Part shown: piece by piece, positions 45,901 through 59,588 of the stretch
How the letters are laid out: each line of letters begins with the position of its first letter
How positions within the stretch are numbered: the first letter of the stretch is position 1
From: Phyllobates terribilis
Taxonomy: Eukaryota
Reading direction: 5' to 3'
Assembly: GCF_046119375.1 (NCBI RefSeq)
Contig: NW_027362761.1
Coordinates: 1,145,512,001-1,145,576,000 of the forward strand
Length of the DNA: 64,000 nt
Made by a program: the position numbers and the translations under genes
Notes under the pieces: model-generated
Database searches by the model: none
Seen by the model: the letters and a program-made list of their open reading frames with translations, nothing else
Told to the model about the DNA's origin: nothing

Positions 45901-47834
45901 GACAAAGGAACGGGAAGTGATCAGTTGGGGTCTAGTCCAGCTTTGCAGAGAACTACCAACATAGCTACATTCTTCTAGGAATAGCGCCACACCTGTCCAT
46001 AGGTTGTGTCTGGTATTGCAACTCCACTCCATGGAAGCAGAATGAATGACGGAAGAAATTTTAATTCTACAAACTAGAGTGTCCCGGTTTTTTGAAAGAA
46101 GGCAGCCATGCTTTTCTTACCCCTTTTAAGGATCAGTAGACCATCTACATTCAGTCAGTGATTGCGTAGCCTCAAAACATGCCATCACTAGCTAAAGTGG
46201 AAGACTCCCTTTGTTTTGGACAGCTGAAACCTCCTTCTCAATCTTGGTTTGGACTGGAAACAGGTATCCAACAGCCTTATGAGGGTGCAGAGTTTGGGTA
46301 GGAGACCGGTGGCCGGCCTGGACATCGCGATCCAAAGTTGGACCATGAGTGTCAGACGTGTAAAAACTGCCCTTAGTGATGGTGGTTTATTCCAGTGATC
46401 TAGGTCCCACATGCTTTTTATTCTTCCCCCTACAGCGTGGTCCAATGTTGAGTGGCTTCCCCCAACAGCAGCAGAGTCTCTGCTCTGGACAACCCCTTTA
46501 AATTAGGCGCCAATATGTACAAATCTACAATCTTCGCATCGGTTCCAGCCGGAATATGTCCAAACCTTTCCATATGATCAGTATCTTATCAGGGTTACTG
46601 TTTATATATACACAAAATGACGTTTTCACAATCCCTGAATTAGTTAGCACACCCACGTTCCTCATCGGCCATCAAATAATTTGGTATAATACTAACCGGA
46701 GACACAGCGGTGTGTACAACTCAACACCACGAAGACCCTCTAAACCCCCCAATCCCACCCCATACATTGTGCAAAATGGAATATTGCATTGCTAATATAA
46801 CAGTTTCTGACGTTATACACAAATAAAGAAAAAAATATATAGGAACAAAAAAACAGCAAAAACAATTTACACACAAAAAAAGTGAAGACAGACCACCCCA
46901 CAAGGGGGATCCTGGAACAGAAGCCACAAACATTCATTTACAGACGGACAGAAGTGAAATCACAGTTTATACATAAGATGACGTGAGCTAAATTTCATGT
47001 GGCAGCAGCTTAAAAAAAAAAAAAAAGTAACGCTCAATGATCTTCGTGATAAAGTGTGCAGGTGTCAGACGAGTCCTCTACGACACCAAAGGACCTCAGA
47101 CCATTTGTGCTGGGCATCAATAAAGGAACATCACTCAAGGGGAAGAAGATTTAGTGGCCCTACATAAATCCCTATCCCAATGAGCGCAAGAGAAGACCTC
47201 ATTATAAATATTACAGTACTTTTTTGCCCCCCTTATATTATACCATTATTCTATCCCTGGTGTGGAAGCATCTGTCCCAATATAAAGGTTTGGGATGGTC
47301 CAAGAAACATGGACCATTTTGTGTTCATAAAGTGGATCCAAACATGTCTACTACATCTATTACCCATAAATTAACACTAAAAGTGCTCCAGAATTGTTCC
47401 TCTGTCCTCTTCCTGAAAATGTATGAATAAATTGACAGCTGGGTTTTACCGGATGGGGGAAGGGAACGGGTAGATCCCTACACAGTCTAAGTCTATGGAC
47501 TCAAGCTCGAAGAAGAGCAGTAAGAAGAGCTTCTACTCCTCGGTTTCAGATAAAGGTGGAGGGATCACACCATAGACTTCTACTGAACAGATCTGCTGAC
47601 ATGTCAAAAGGTTTTCTTAAAGTGCAGTAAAACTTAAAAGGTATTGTACAAAATTAGAAAAAAAAAAAAAAAAAAAACAGAACAGAACAGTATTCTTGTC
47701 CATGGGCTGTGCTAGATATTGTTTCCCCTATTCCCTTAAGGCCTCTTCCAGACGTTTGTAGCAGTGTTCCTCACAAGGACACATGCCCATTATAGAGTAT
47801 GGGGGCTGTTCACATATCTGTGTTTCTTGTGGAG

Positions 47835-48003
47835 NNNNNNNNNNNNNNNNNNNNNNNNNNNNNNNNNNNNNNNNNNNNNNNNNNNNNNNNNNNNNNNNNN
47901 NNNNNNNNNNNNNNNNNNNNNNNNNNNNNNNNNNNNNNNNNNNNNNNNNNNNNNNNNNNNNNNNNNNNNNNNNNNNNNNNNNNNNNNNNNNNNNNNNNNN
48001 NNN
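47835..48003. other. Assembly gap (169 N)
   Basis: N run. Confidence 1.
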
Positions 48004-48835
48004 AAATCATGGATTTATTTTTTCCCAAAATCAAGAAGAATGAATGCCACAATAATGGTTAAAACTGGTGGAAGATGGATGAAAAAAAAAAACTTAGCTT
48101 CTTTGGACATATGGGACATCTGAATAAGGTCTAAGAGTTTCTGCAATACCAGAAACTGCCTATGGAGGTGCTGTTTCTTTAAAAAAACAAAAAAAACAAA
48201 AAAAAACAGAACCGTTGTTTCTAAAACAGTACAGCCCTTTAAATAAGCAAAATACTACAGAAAAAAGCCTAATTTTCCTGCAGAGATTTAAAAAAGAAAA
48301 AACACCCTACAATTTCTGGATCCATGTATACTTTGCTGGAATTTGAGAATTAAAGGAATATAATGTTCATATGGAGATTTTCAGCAAAGTATTTGACTTG
48401 TCTGTGGATTACAAAAACAGCTCTGAACTTTGGTGAGATATGAATTGTGTCACAATGAATAATAAAAGAAAAAAAAAAAATCCTGGAAAAATGGAAATAA
48501 CTTCTACATAAAGTGCTTCTATCACATCCATTGTTCACACAAGCCAGCCGTGTACGCAACCAAAAAAAAAACAAAAAACAAATTGGATGTTATACTATAT
48601 ATTCTATGATATTTTGATGCTAATATTGTCCTGTTTATTCTTTTTTTTGTAATTGAAAATTATGTAACCTTTTAATAAAAATTGAATTTTGGAAAAAAAA
48701 AAAAAAATTGGTGTTGTGCAGTCCTGGCGATCAATGGATTGTCAATTCTATGAAATCCAGGATATTCTCTCTTTAATCTTTATTCTGATGAACAGGTCTT
48801 AAAAATATTCAAAAATTGGTGAAAATTCTCCTTAA

Positions 48836-49257
48836 AGGGGATGTCCACTACTAGGACAACCCCTTCTTGAACTAATGGTTTGGCCCCGATAAAATAGAAA
48901 AAACCCTATATACTTTCCTCCCATATTAGCGCCGTTCCAGCGGTGTCGGCACTCGCGTTCCCGGGGTCTCTGGTGCGGTGGAATGACACGTGTCCCCGGC
49001 GCCCAATCAGCGCTTCGTCCCTGTTCCCGCCTACGTACAGATTGAACATGAAGAGGAAGTCAGATCAGCCGCATGTTCAATCCGTACGTAGGAACAGGAA
49101 CGCAGCGGTCACGTGTCATTTCACCATACTAGAGACCCGGGACCGCGAGTGCCGACACCGCTGGAACGACGCCAGCACAGGAGGAGAGTATGGGCCTGAT
49201 CATATAAAAACGCCCAATTTGTTCAAGAAGGGGTTGTCCTAGTAGTGGACAACCCCT
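48836..49257. mobile_element. Near-perfect palindromic T2/Kolobok MITE
   Basis: TTAA-AGGGGATGTCCACTACTAGGACAACCCC ... GGGGTTGTCCTAGTAGTGGACAACCCCT-TTAA. Confidence 0.88.
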
Positions 49258-50073
49258 TTAAAAGATGCAGATTTGGTTTCACAAAGATGTGTCCTACTCC
49301 GCTGGCCCTCGCCACCTCCTTCGATGGATTCCCCTGTGTATTTCAGTACAGCGTCGAATATTAAAGAGAAAACAAGGCTATTTTCTAGCAACAGCGCCGC
49401 CACCGTTCATGGGTTGTGTCTGGTATTGCGGCTCTATAGAGCAGACTTGCAATACCACACATGAACCGTGATCAGGTGTGGCGCTATTTTATTTTGCAAG
49501 AAAGCCTTTCACAATCCCTTTAGAGCTCAAATATTTCTACACCCGTAGTCACAAAATGAGTATTGCCCACGCCGGTTACAGTGAGAGACAAAATTTGTGA
49601 CCAATCCCCTTTGCTAGGATCTAAATTACCAGGAGGCACTTATGAGGATCAGTCACAGTGGAGAGCTTCATTTATCACATGAGCCCTCCTGGTCCTACAG
49701 GCAGGAGAAATGGGCTCAAGGGTTCATTTATTGGGTGCCATGATACTACTGAAGGGACAAGGACTCTTTAACAACTGTCACCATATAACATGGCGCTGCA
49801 TGAAAAAAACAAGACATCAGAGACACTTTCCACCATGTATGCCATCTATACCAACCAGATGGGCAACTTTACTGGATAAATGCAATATGTGACTGGAGCT
49901 TTACATGTCTGATTCATATAATGCCCCATTTATCAAGTTTCCATCCCACTGTGCCAAGACAAACCCAGCAGTAATGGTGCAGAAACATCCAATTTACAGA
50001 CTTTCTACCATACCAGCGATACTTCACCCTCCCAAAAGTGCAAGTTTTCTCCCCACTATTAAACTAGTGCTCG

Positions 50074-50110
<37 letters not shown>

Positions 50111-52670
50111 GTTGTCCTCTGGGGATATATTTTTTTGCTGTTTTTTTAACTTAAAATGGGGCTAAATATAATTTTTGCAATTTTGTGTTTCATTAAAATT
50201 GTTGCACCGTTTGGCTTTTACAGGATCTACGTTTTTCCTACACACTCAACTTTCATAAAATAGACAAAAAAAAAAGGTGTTCGAACGAGCTCACTGACAG
50301 ATTTCAAGTTAACTCATTCTGCAACCAGCAATAGACAGGCTAAACACGCAAACGTTACAAAATTTATACATTATTTTTTTTAGCCAAAAATACATTTGAG
50401 AAAGAAAAAAAAAAGAAAAGAAAAAAAATGGACAATTCCTTTAACAACCAGCTTTGAAACCAGTTACCCTCTGTAGAGACTAGGGGAAAAAATACTCAAT
50501 ACAAAAAGAAAAAAAGGAAAAAAAAAAAACACAGTTTGGTGTCTCCAAGGGCTAGAATGACCTAAGTGACGCTTTCGCTTCCATACCTGTGCCATTTACA
50601 CACATGTGCATCTTTGGTAAGTGCCCGTGGATGACAATAAAAGTACCATAATTATAAATAAATATTCAGGTTTTATACAATATGATCAGTAGTTTTATAA
50701 CATTACAATGTGTCTGAACCGCCAGAAGAGTCCTTTGTCCAAAGAACTAAGACTTGTTTTTTCTTAAGGTCAGTTTCCCCGCACAATTCCTTTAGGGGGT
50801 CCAATGCAGATAATCCATATCCGCAGGGACAAGTGAAGCAAGAGGGATCTACAAAAAGCATAATAGAGTCAGATATGGCAGGGGAGGATATAAATAGGGG
50901 TTTATAATTGCGGGATCTGTGTTACTTTCCAAAAACTAGTTGTTTTTTCCTTGCCTGAAAGTTGAACTTTGAGATTTCTGGAGACCCAAATATCTGAACC
51001 GCCAGAAGATTTTTTTTTTCCTTAAAATTGTAATCTGGTGTTCAGAGATTTACTTTTTGTAGAAAAATCTGATTATTAAAGCTGTGAAAATCAGAAATCT
51101 TTAGGTAACCTCAAAAAGGGGTGTGACCTCTCTGTATAGCGCAAGCCTGTCTCCGCTCAGCACATAGAGAAGCAAGAGCAGCAGCCAGTCCGCGCAGTTA
51201 CCAGCTCAAACATTATTTATCAGATTTTTCTAAAAAGAGTCAACTTCAGAGAAGTAAAAAAAAGAACCCTAACTGCTCAGCTATACAACCAGAGAGAAAA
51301 GGTGCAGACGCGTCAGTGCTACATGAACACACAGCAATACATTTTTCTCTGAACGCAACATACCAGGGCATGCTGGAAGTTGTAGTTTTAGGACTGCTGG
51401 AGAAGCAAAAAGTTTGACCAGACTGTAGATTATGATCTACAGTCATCAGAAAAGGACCTATTTTTTGTGTTAAATGTATTTTTTTTTTATACTTTACTAA
51501 TCTTATTTCTTTTACATCACACTGTGAATTAAAAAGGCTCATACTTCTTGTTCTTAACAGAAGTCTCATTATCATCACAGACAGGATTAGTGACCGACAA
51601 CACCTCTATATACAATATATAACCCAAAATCCACCAATAAGTGATGTCACAGCTCTTCTCATCCCTTCACAATGACCATTGCACACGCTCATTAGATGCC
51701 TCAATACAAAATAAAATGGTCAGTCTTCTACAGAGGCATCTAATGAGCATGTGGAAAAAACATTGTGGAGTGAACGGTGACATTGCTTATTGTTGGATCC
51801 GGTGTCATTTACCGTATATAGGTTTTACCTGTCATTTTAAATCCTGCCTCTGATGATAATGAGCCTTTCGTAAAGAACTGGAGGTATGATTGTAGAATCG
51901 CCCCAGTGGCCAAAGTGAAAATTGCAAGACTTCAGTTTTTTTTTTTTTGGGGAAATACAGATTGTGATATTAAAACGAAAAAAACTACATTACCAATGTA
52001 AAAAAAATACATTTAACATAAAAAACTTTTTTAAACACTAAGTCACATTCACTTTAATCACTAGCATCTCACAAAATATTGGTCTGGGCTTTCTCATTAG
52101 TTTGTGACAAAAGACAATGTTCTCTTGAATAATCCCCAACGTGAATGTCCACACCAACAAGGAGAATAATAATATATTAATAATGGCTGGAACTTTTTTT
52201 TTTTTATATATATAGAGCTCTAAGTCCCCCTGCACCGAAAGCTCTATATAAAAAAAAATCTGGTTACCTGCAGCCACAAGGGGGCACTTATGGGAAGGGT
52301 CAGCGAACTGCATACAGGTTTAATATAGGGTTCAATGTCTTAACAGTATGCAGTAAGCTCAAGAGCTCCCCCTTGTGGTGGCTGCAGAAAATAAGAATTT
52401 TGTCACCTGCCGCAAACTTTCACTTGTTCTTTGCAATGGAAAAAAACTGTACAAAAAAAAAAAAAAAAATGCATTAATACACTACTGCACAGGCGGAGGC
52501 CTGGCCTCACGGATTCAAGACAATATTTGCCAAGCCTGGTCCCCGCTGATCAGCAAGTACTGGCTTAAATGTCTTAAGGCCATTTCCAGTGTTACACAAA
52601 ATCCTGAAGTAGAATTATGTTCTCTCTCTGTCGAAAACAAAATCCTTTATGTTCTGTCCTGAGTTAATAG

Positions 52671-52736
52671 TCAGCGCTTCAGAGCGGGGCTCCTGCTCTC
52701 CGTGTCGCGGGTGTCTTTCTGTAAAGCCGAAAGGAT
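52671..52736 (-). CDS. TBC1D14: TBC1 domain family member 14, last coding exon
   Basis: ttccAG|ATC; encodes ILSALQKDTRDTESRSPALKR*, matching the remembered vertebrate C-terminus (VLTALQKDSREMEKGSPSLRH). Confidence 0.82.
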   Translation of the reverse strand: MLSALQKDTRDTESRSPALKR

Positions 52737-53222
52737 CTGGAATATAAGAGACGAGGGGCGTGAATGCATTACCCCAGGTATATACAACATATGCATCTCA
52801 TAGGCAGCTTAGGAGCCGGTTATCACCCAGATGCAGGCAGCATATCAGCATGCTGGAGCCCAGACCATGAGTCTCAACAGGGAATAGACCTCAGAGCGGG
52901 GGTCCTCCTCTCCAATTAAGGTCTCACTTTGGAGGACTGAGCTATATATTCTGTGCTGCGGCCACAACGCAGGGAGTAGACCTAGCGGGACAACCCTTAC
53001 AGCATGGAAGAAGTTCCCGTCTGGGGTGCCATGAAATATTTTGCAGCCGTCACTAGGAGGCGGCGTCTACAGGGCCAAGTATTTTATTCATTTAATCTAT
53101 GAGGTTTTGCCTGAAGCCGCTCACTGGGGTAGGAGGGGCGCGGTGTAGGGTGGCTAAAATGGGATGTCCCACCTAGACCCCTTCTTGTAAATCATCTGTC
53201 ATCTCTAAACCCGGGGATCAGG

Positions 53223-53543
53223 NNNNNNNNNNNNNNNNNNNNNNNNNNNNNNNNNNNNNNNNNNNNNNNNNNNNNNNNNNNNNNNNNNNNNNNNNNNNNN
53301 NNNNNNNNNNNNNNNNNNNNNNNNNNNNNNNNNNNNNNNNNNNNNNNNNNNNNNNNNNNNNNNNNNNNNNNNNNNNNNNNNNNNNNNNNNNNNNNNNNNN
53401 NNNNNNNNNNNNNNNNNNNNNNNNNNNNNNNNNNNNNNNNNNNNNNNNNNNNNNNNNNNNNNNNNNNNNNNNNNNNNNNNNNNNNNNNNNNNNNNNNNNN
53501 NNNNNNNNNNNNNNNNNNNNNNNNNNNNNNNNNNNNNNNNNNN
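53223..53543. other. Assembly gap (321 N), probably hiding two TBC1D14 exons
   Basis: N run located between visible TBC1D14 exons. Confidence 0.95.
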
Positions 53544-53730
53544 CGAATTGTACCCGGGGGGTGAAACATCCAATTCCCCCCCTGACCATAGGTTTCAGCA
53601 TGGTACTGCAGCTCTGCTACATCACTTCAATGGGGCTCAGTTGCAATACCAGACGATACAGGTCAAGGGTAGACCTATTTCTAAAAGAAAGCAGCCATGT
53701 TTTTTTATACCCCCTGTTAGACCCTCTTAA

Positions 53731-54031
53731 GGTGCCCATACACCAGTTTGTCGACAACCATGTTTCCTGACTTCCCGACACACAAACGCTCTGCTTGGCT
53801 GTACAGAAACGTGTTTTCAATAGGTAAAGTAGAATAAGCCGCTGTCAAGACCTCAGTCTCCCGATTATCTCGCATGAGAAAATATACAACTGATCCTAAA
53901 TTTCTACTGCCCGATCCTTACCGTCCGTGGGGACATCTGTCGGGGACAGTCAGGAAGACCCCCATACACATCAGATGGGCTGGCCAGCTCCGATGAGGTC
54001 TGCACATTTGGCCAACTTAAAGGTGTATGGG
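53731..54031. mobile_element. TTAA MITE (GGTGCCCATACAC...GTGTATGGG)
   Basis: Left TIR follows TTAA; the right TIR is degenerate. Confidence 0.5.
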
Positions 54032-54107
54032 TTTGAGACAAGCAATTATATTCATGCTGAATTAGTCCAGTAATTCAGACTCCTGTGACAGCTGGTGTTC
54101 TGCGGCG

Positions 54108-54243
54108 CGGCATACGCAGCCCCGGCATACGCAGCCCCGGCATACGCAGCCCGGCATACGCAGCCCCGGCATACGCAGCCCCGGCATACGCAGCCCCGGC
54201 ATACGCAGCCCCGGCATACGCAGCCCCGGCATACGCAGCCCCC
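54108..54243. repeat. 15-bp CpG-rich minisatellite (CGGCATACGCAGCCC), about 9 copies
   Basis: Read directly. Confidence 0.9.
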
Positions 54244-54430
54244 TCTTGCGTTTATTAGCTTGGCAACGTCACGACGTAGCTGCTAATGCACACGATGACA
54301 TCGTGGGGTCTAGCAAACCAGCAGAGGCACTCCGGATGTCAGGAGCCGGAGGACTGAAGTCTGGCTGCCATGGAGGACCGGACTGTATGTTGAACTTTAG
54401 GGAAACTTGACAGCAACTTCAGGTACTTAC

Positions 54431-54560
54431 AAGGGCCATGGTCTACTCTGAAGAATGCCATCTGACAAGGTTTATTTAAGAGATTTGAGAAAGCGATGAA
54501 GGCATCCGCAGTATCTAGGTTCAGGATCAGCACGGCAGCGATAAACGACATGCCCTGTAC
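54431..54560 (-). CDS. TBC1D14: TBC1D14 exon ([42 protein letters not shown]-), 130 nt with an apparent +1 indel
   Basis: TBC 'YxQG' region; AG at 54562-61, GTAAGT at 54430. Confidence 0.92.
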
Positions 54561-54716
54561 CTAATACGGGGAGGAGAATGAGAGGTTATCAGTCCACAGG
54601 CCTGGAACAGCCAGTACCACGGGACCGTTACTGATCACACATGGCTGCACACAAACTGGAACACTCGGCGATTCCTTAATTCTGGAGCAAGTGAGTATAG
54701 CGGAGGAGACACTTAC

Positions 54717-54788
54717 ATAACCAACGTCAGGTCTGTAGCAAGTGTAGGCCCCGAGAATACTGTGCAGCATATCGTGATAGGGGCCGCC
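54717..54788 (-). CDS. TBC1D14: TBC1D14 exon ([24 protein letters not shown])
   Basis: 72 nt, phase 0/0, canonical splice sites. Confidence 0.95.
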
Positions 54789-54914
54789 CTGAAAAGATAA
54801 AGGCTGCGATTGTTATTCTGGCAGTTTCCAAATAATTGAGTGATAATCCAATTCAGTCAAAACATAACAGATTATATTTGCGGCTTTTAGATATCCAGCA
54901 GTGCCATGTCCTAC

Positions 54915-55009
54915 CTTCTGGAATATACACAGACTTGGAAATGTGCGGGGAGATATCCAACTTTATCAGCTCAGGCTGGCCTCCCTGTCCGACGCAGACA
55001 AACCCGAGT
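54915..55009 (-). CDS. TBC1D14: TBC1D14 exon ((D)SGLSASDREASL[ELIKLDIS]RTFPSLCIFQK) with compensating -1/+1 indels
   Basis: TBC 'IxxDxxR' motif region; 95 nt; as assembled it reads TGA TAA between the two indels. Confidence 0.9.
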
Positions 55010-56177
55010 CTAGAGGGAAATAGATCAGAACATCAATGAGGATACGACGCAGCCGGCACGTCCACATGCAGAATCCCAGACCATGGAGCAGGGTTTATCC
55101 ATTTACAAGGTGCACTTGGTGATTAGAGGTTTTTTTTCCTTGAGTTCAGTAACTAAAACCATTTCATCATTAAAAAGGTCTGCAACACGTCATTGAGAGA
55201 GACTCATGTGCTACAACTTTAAAAATTGAATTGCTAAAGTATGCAGCTATAAGGAACCCAAAGTCTTGGCATTTAGAGCGGTAGTGCCATTGCTAATCAA
55301 TTCCCATGACCCGATCCATCAGTCACGTAACTATTCAGGGAGTCCTGCAAACTGTCTTTCCCTGACAGTATCCGCAAATCTTTTTCTAGTTTTGATTGGC
55401 TGGCTGGCCGGCCGCGTCATCGGTTCCATGTGACGCTGCACCATGCCGGCCAATGAAAAAAAAGGATTTGCAGACGGCATCAGATAGGAGACGGTTCTCA
55501 GGGCTCCTGTCCAGTGGCCATAAGCTACTGACGTGACCACTGGATCAGGTATTGCAAATCTATTTGCTCCCGCTATACTGCCCGGGTCTGCAGGAGGCAA
55601 CCTGTTGACATTCAGACTAAAAAAGGCCTTAACTCTTTGCGGTTAGGCTAGGGTCAGAAGGCCATAAATTCTCTCATCTGAGAGAATTGGACAATTATGC
55701 AAACACCACTGTAATCAAATGATCAGCATCAGCTTAGTGTGATCAGATTCTCTCAGATAAGAGAATCAGTGCACACTGAGGAGCAGATGGAGAACAAAAT
55801 TTCTCCATCTTTGCCATAGTGTCAGTGTGTGAAAAATCAGACTGCACTCATCGGAGTGCAGTTCAATGTTTTCTTCGCACTCACTGGCTTGCATGTCTGA
55901 CAACTATCCAAATATCCAATCAAATTCTGGCATGCTGCGATGTTTTCCTTGGAACATCTCGTTCCAAGAAAAAAAAAAAAATGGACATGTGCACGGCCTC
56001 AGAATAACATTGGTCCGCGCACGATCCGACGTTTCGTTAGACGGAAAAATACTGTGGTGTGAGCTAGCCCTTACACTAAAGCAATACGACCAGAGAGCTA
56101 CTAATGTGTTTTGCTCCCAGAGCACAGCCTTGGCAACCATGTCAACTGTTCCTGCTCTCAACTAAGAAGTTGTTTAA

Positions 56178-57044
56178 GGCTATGTGCCCACAATGCAGAA
56201 ATGCTCTGGATTTTTCCTGAGAGTTTCTGCATCTCCCTGGCAGAAAAAAAACACATGCGGATTGTACATGCGGATTGTACATGCGGATTGTACATGCGTT
56301 TTTCCAGCCAGGGACATGCGGATGTGAAGCGTTCTTCACATGCATTTCCGCATGCGGGTTCACAAGCGCTTTCCAAGAGATTTTAGCATCATTTGGAAAG
56401 TGCTTGACAACTTGGTCACACTATATAAATCCACGCAAACGGCATGGATTTATATAGTGTGACCGTCAAAGAATGGTTAAAAATAAAAAAATGAATCTAT
56501 ACTTACCTTCTGATGGCCCCCGGAGTCTTCCTTCGCTCCATCCTGGCGTGTAGGCAGATCGCGGTGCATTACACCGAAGGACCTGCCGTCACATGACTGA
56601 CGTCAGCGCAGGTCCTTCAGTCCACCGCGATCTGCCAGCATGGGAGGACGAGCGCAGCGGGGGGCCATCAGAAGGTAAATATAATATTTATTTTTTTATT
56701 TTTTTTTTTACAGGTTCTGTGGTACCCAGGTCCGGAGGAGAGTCTCCTGTCCTCTAGACCCGGGTACCATCCGCACATTGAAATGCATGGAATGCGCATC
56801 AACATATCCAGTGATGCGTAATCCATGCGATTCAATGCAAGTCAATGGCGGCAAAAACGCAGCACTTCCGCAAAATTGTTAGTGCTGCGTTTTTTTCCGC
56901 AATTATAATCCGCAGCGGAAGTTTCCGCAGCATGTGCACAGCACATGCAGATTATCATTGGGGACCATGGCAGGCCTTCTACCATGCGTTTGAGCGTTTT
57001 TGCCGCTGCGGAAACGCTTAAAAACGCATGGTGGGCACACAGCA
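56178..57044. mobile_element. MITE family A copy, inverted orientation
   Basis: TTAA-GGCTATGTGCCCAC ... GTGGGCACACAGC; reverse complement of the 21405 copy. Confidence 0.85.
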
Positions 57045-57529
57045 TAAAGAGGTTTTCCCCACAAACGCAAGTCATCACCTAACCACAAGATATCTTGATG
57101 GTTGTTGTGGCTTCCCCCACTGGAACCCCCCAGTGATCAAAAAAAAATAATAAAAAAAATGGGGTCTATATTTCCCCATAGAGCGATGGTCAAACATGCA
57201 GGCAGCTACTACATTCATAGTCTTGGTCATCATCAGACAACGAGTGGATCGCCGGAGCCTCTGCCTCGGGATCAGTGGGGCTTAAAATACAGAGTGCCAG
57301 CGATTGGCGGTGTTCCAGATAGGACATAACCGGCATATATGGCACTACCCCTTTAAAAAGTTTAAAAACTGATACAATTACACCATGTTTTGTGCTTAAA
57401 ATAAGAAGCCACATTTGAATACACCCGTATAACACATTGAATAAATGTAGCTTCGTTCACAGGGGCTGCATATTGCCAGACCAAAAACAAGTGCCATCTA
57501 GTAATGTCCCAGAACAGATAAGTTCTTAC

Positions 57530-57610
57530 CCTCATTTTCTACATCGGACCCTCCCATGCTCAGCGATTTCCATCGATCCTTGGCTCGAGATAGACAGATA
57601 TCGTACAACT
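57530..57610 (-). CDS. TBC1D14: TBC1D14 exon ((E)LYDICLSRAKDRWKSLSMGGSDVENE)
   Basis: 81 nt, phase 1/1, canonical sites. Confidence 0.93.
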
Positions 57611-58484
57611 CTAGATAGAAAATAAAATGGCTTAACCGAGATCCAAGCATACATCCATCTTGTGCTGCAGTCCCTCCTTCAGTACCGTTATATTTAAAGG
57701 GATTCTCCACCTCTTATTAGTTAACAAGCACTGTAACGAGGCCATCGATTAGCGGGTGACACAATGTGCAGTGGCAGCGCAGGTTTTGGGAGATGCGCAA
57801 ACTTTTTTGGTTGTGTTTTCTTTCACCACCCAGGGCCCAATAAGAATTAACTTTTACAATAATGGATCGCCTCATTAATGAGACGTTCACTAATAATAAC
57901 AACAAGTAGGACCCATTGAAGAATATATCCCTGTTGACTCATGAGTACAAAATTGTTTAATTAGCCCTTTGATTTTTTTTTCCTCCGATTTATCTGCATA
58001 ATAGAGTCACATACAGGAACAGTAATTAGACCCCTTTATCCACTGCTTATTTAAGTGTTGACTCATCTCGGCAAACCCCTACCATCTGTCTTATTAGGTC
58101 GTCTCAGGATCCCTTTATGGTAGCCAGAGAAGAAAAAATAAATAAATTTAAAAAAAAACAAAAAAAAACACATTTTATTGGCCCAGCATGCAACACTACA
58201 TCCTGCCTAAAGAGGGCGCTGCAGGGGAAATGCTCAGCTGGAAGCAGCTTCCTTTATCTGTAGGCGGAGCTTAGTTTAAGGAGGAGTGGTCCTGATAAAC
58301 CAACCCCCTTAAAGTGACAGTGTCACAGCCCCTTCCCCGTCACTAGCATGTTCTTGTTGGAGATGGATTTTTTTGTCATACATATTTCAGTAGCTATTGG
58401 TAATGGATAGAATTACTCACTGTTACTACTATGTATCCTGATAAACAAGGACCGCTATAAAGGATATACGGTCTCCAGCCTTAC

Positions 58485-58591
58485 CGTGAGTGATATTTAA
58501 CTCATTACCGATCGCCAAACTCCAGACTTTTCCTCTTACATTGGGTGGGATCCCCTGCCACCACATCTCCCGAACTTTTCGAGAACAGCAC
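58485..58591 (-). CDS. TBC1D14: TBC1D14 exon ([35 protein letters not shown])
   Basis: 107 nt, phase 2/1; start of the TBC domain (GIP..RG.VW). Confidence 0.95.
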
Positions 58592-59470
58592 CTAATAGCA
58601 GAATGGAGGAAAACTTCTCAGCAATGGCCTAGCACGAAAACTTTTTATATATAAAACATTACTTGGGTTCCCTTTTAATATTCATAGTCTCATGGATATA
58701 GTCACCAGAATCATGCTGCGCAAACCACAGGCAGCATAAAATCGAGGCCAGGCTGCGCAATTCACAGAAGACAGATGGAGCTTGTCCCCGCCCCGCTGCA
58801 GGTGATTGACAGGTCTCTCCCCATGTACACAAATGGAAGACCCCTGTCAAATAGAGTAGTGCAGTTGGACAAGGATTAATCAGGTCTCTCCCTGTAGTCC
58901 CCGGTCAACTCTTCAAATGGTTTACAATCGCGCAGTGAGGCGATTCGGGCAGCACGAGTCTAGTGACAGGTTCCCTTTAAAAAGAAAAAGCTATAACGTT
59001 TTCTTTAACTGGTAACAAATACAACAGACTGACAGTCTTATTTTCAGCAGTGTTGTGCAGATTCGGTGGCTCTGCTGAAAATAATTAACACCACCGGATA
59101 TGTCATAAGGATTGAGTTATAGGTCTAGAGTGCTGCTGGATACTAGATAGGCAAGATTTACCCCTTTCATTTAATTGGACAGCATTGTGCACCAATCCCT
59201 ATAAGAAGAAAATGATTTCCCTCCTCTAATAGGAGGCTTATTTATTATTGCTAATTAATGCACCAGCAACCTAATTCACAGCCTACAACAGTGATGCTGG
59301 ATACTAGATAGGCAAGATTAACACTTACTGGTCTACACAGAAGATTAACAGGAATGAGTAGGCGATCTAGACAATTTCGCAGAAGAATCTTTTGTACATT
59401 TTATTTTTATTTAAAATTTTAACATTTAGGGTGTTAAATGAATAATTTCAGTGGCTCCATCTCCACTTAC

Positions 59471-59588
59471 ATGGATTCCCAGTTGGGCAGAATCTCGTTG
59501 TTCCACATCAGAGCGGCGATTCCGATACTTTCCTCCACTTTACACCTCTCCTGCAGTTGTTTTTTCTTTCTTTGGGCTTCTTTGAATT
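59471..59588 (-). CDS. TBC1D14: TBC1D14 exon ((E)FKEAQRKKKQLQERCKVEESIGIAALMWNNEILPNWES)
   Basis: 118 nt, phase 1/2. No upstream exons were found, so the gene presumably continues past 64000. Confidence 0.92.

Noticed and set aside
52671-59588. Calling TBC1D14 a pseudogene
   Set aside because: Lesions are limited to single-base homopolymer indels near an assembly gap; splice sites and protein conservation are intact.
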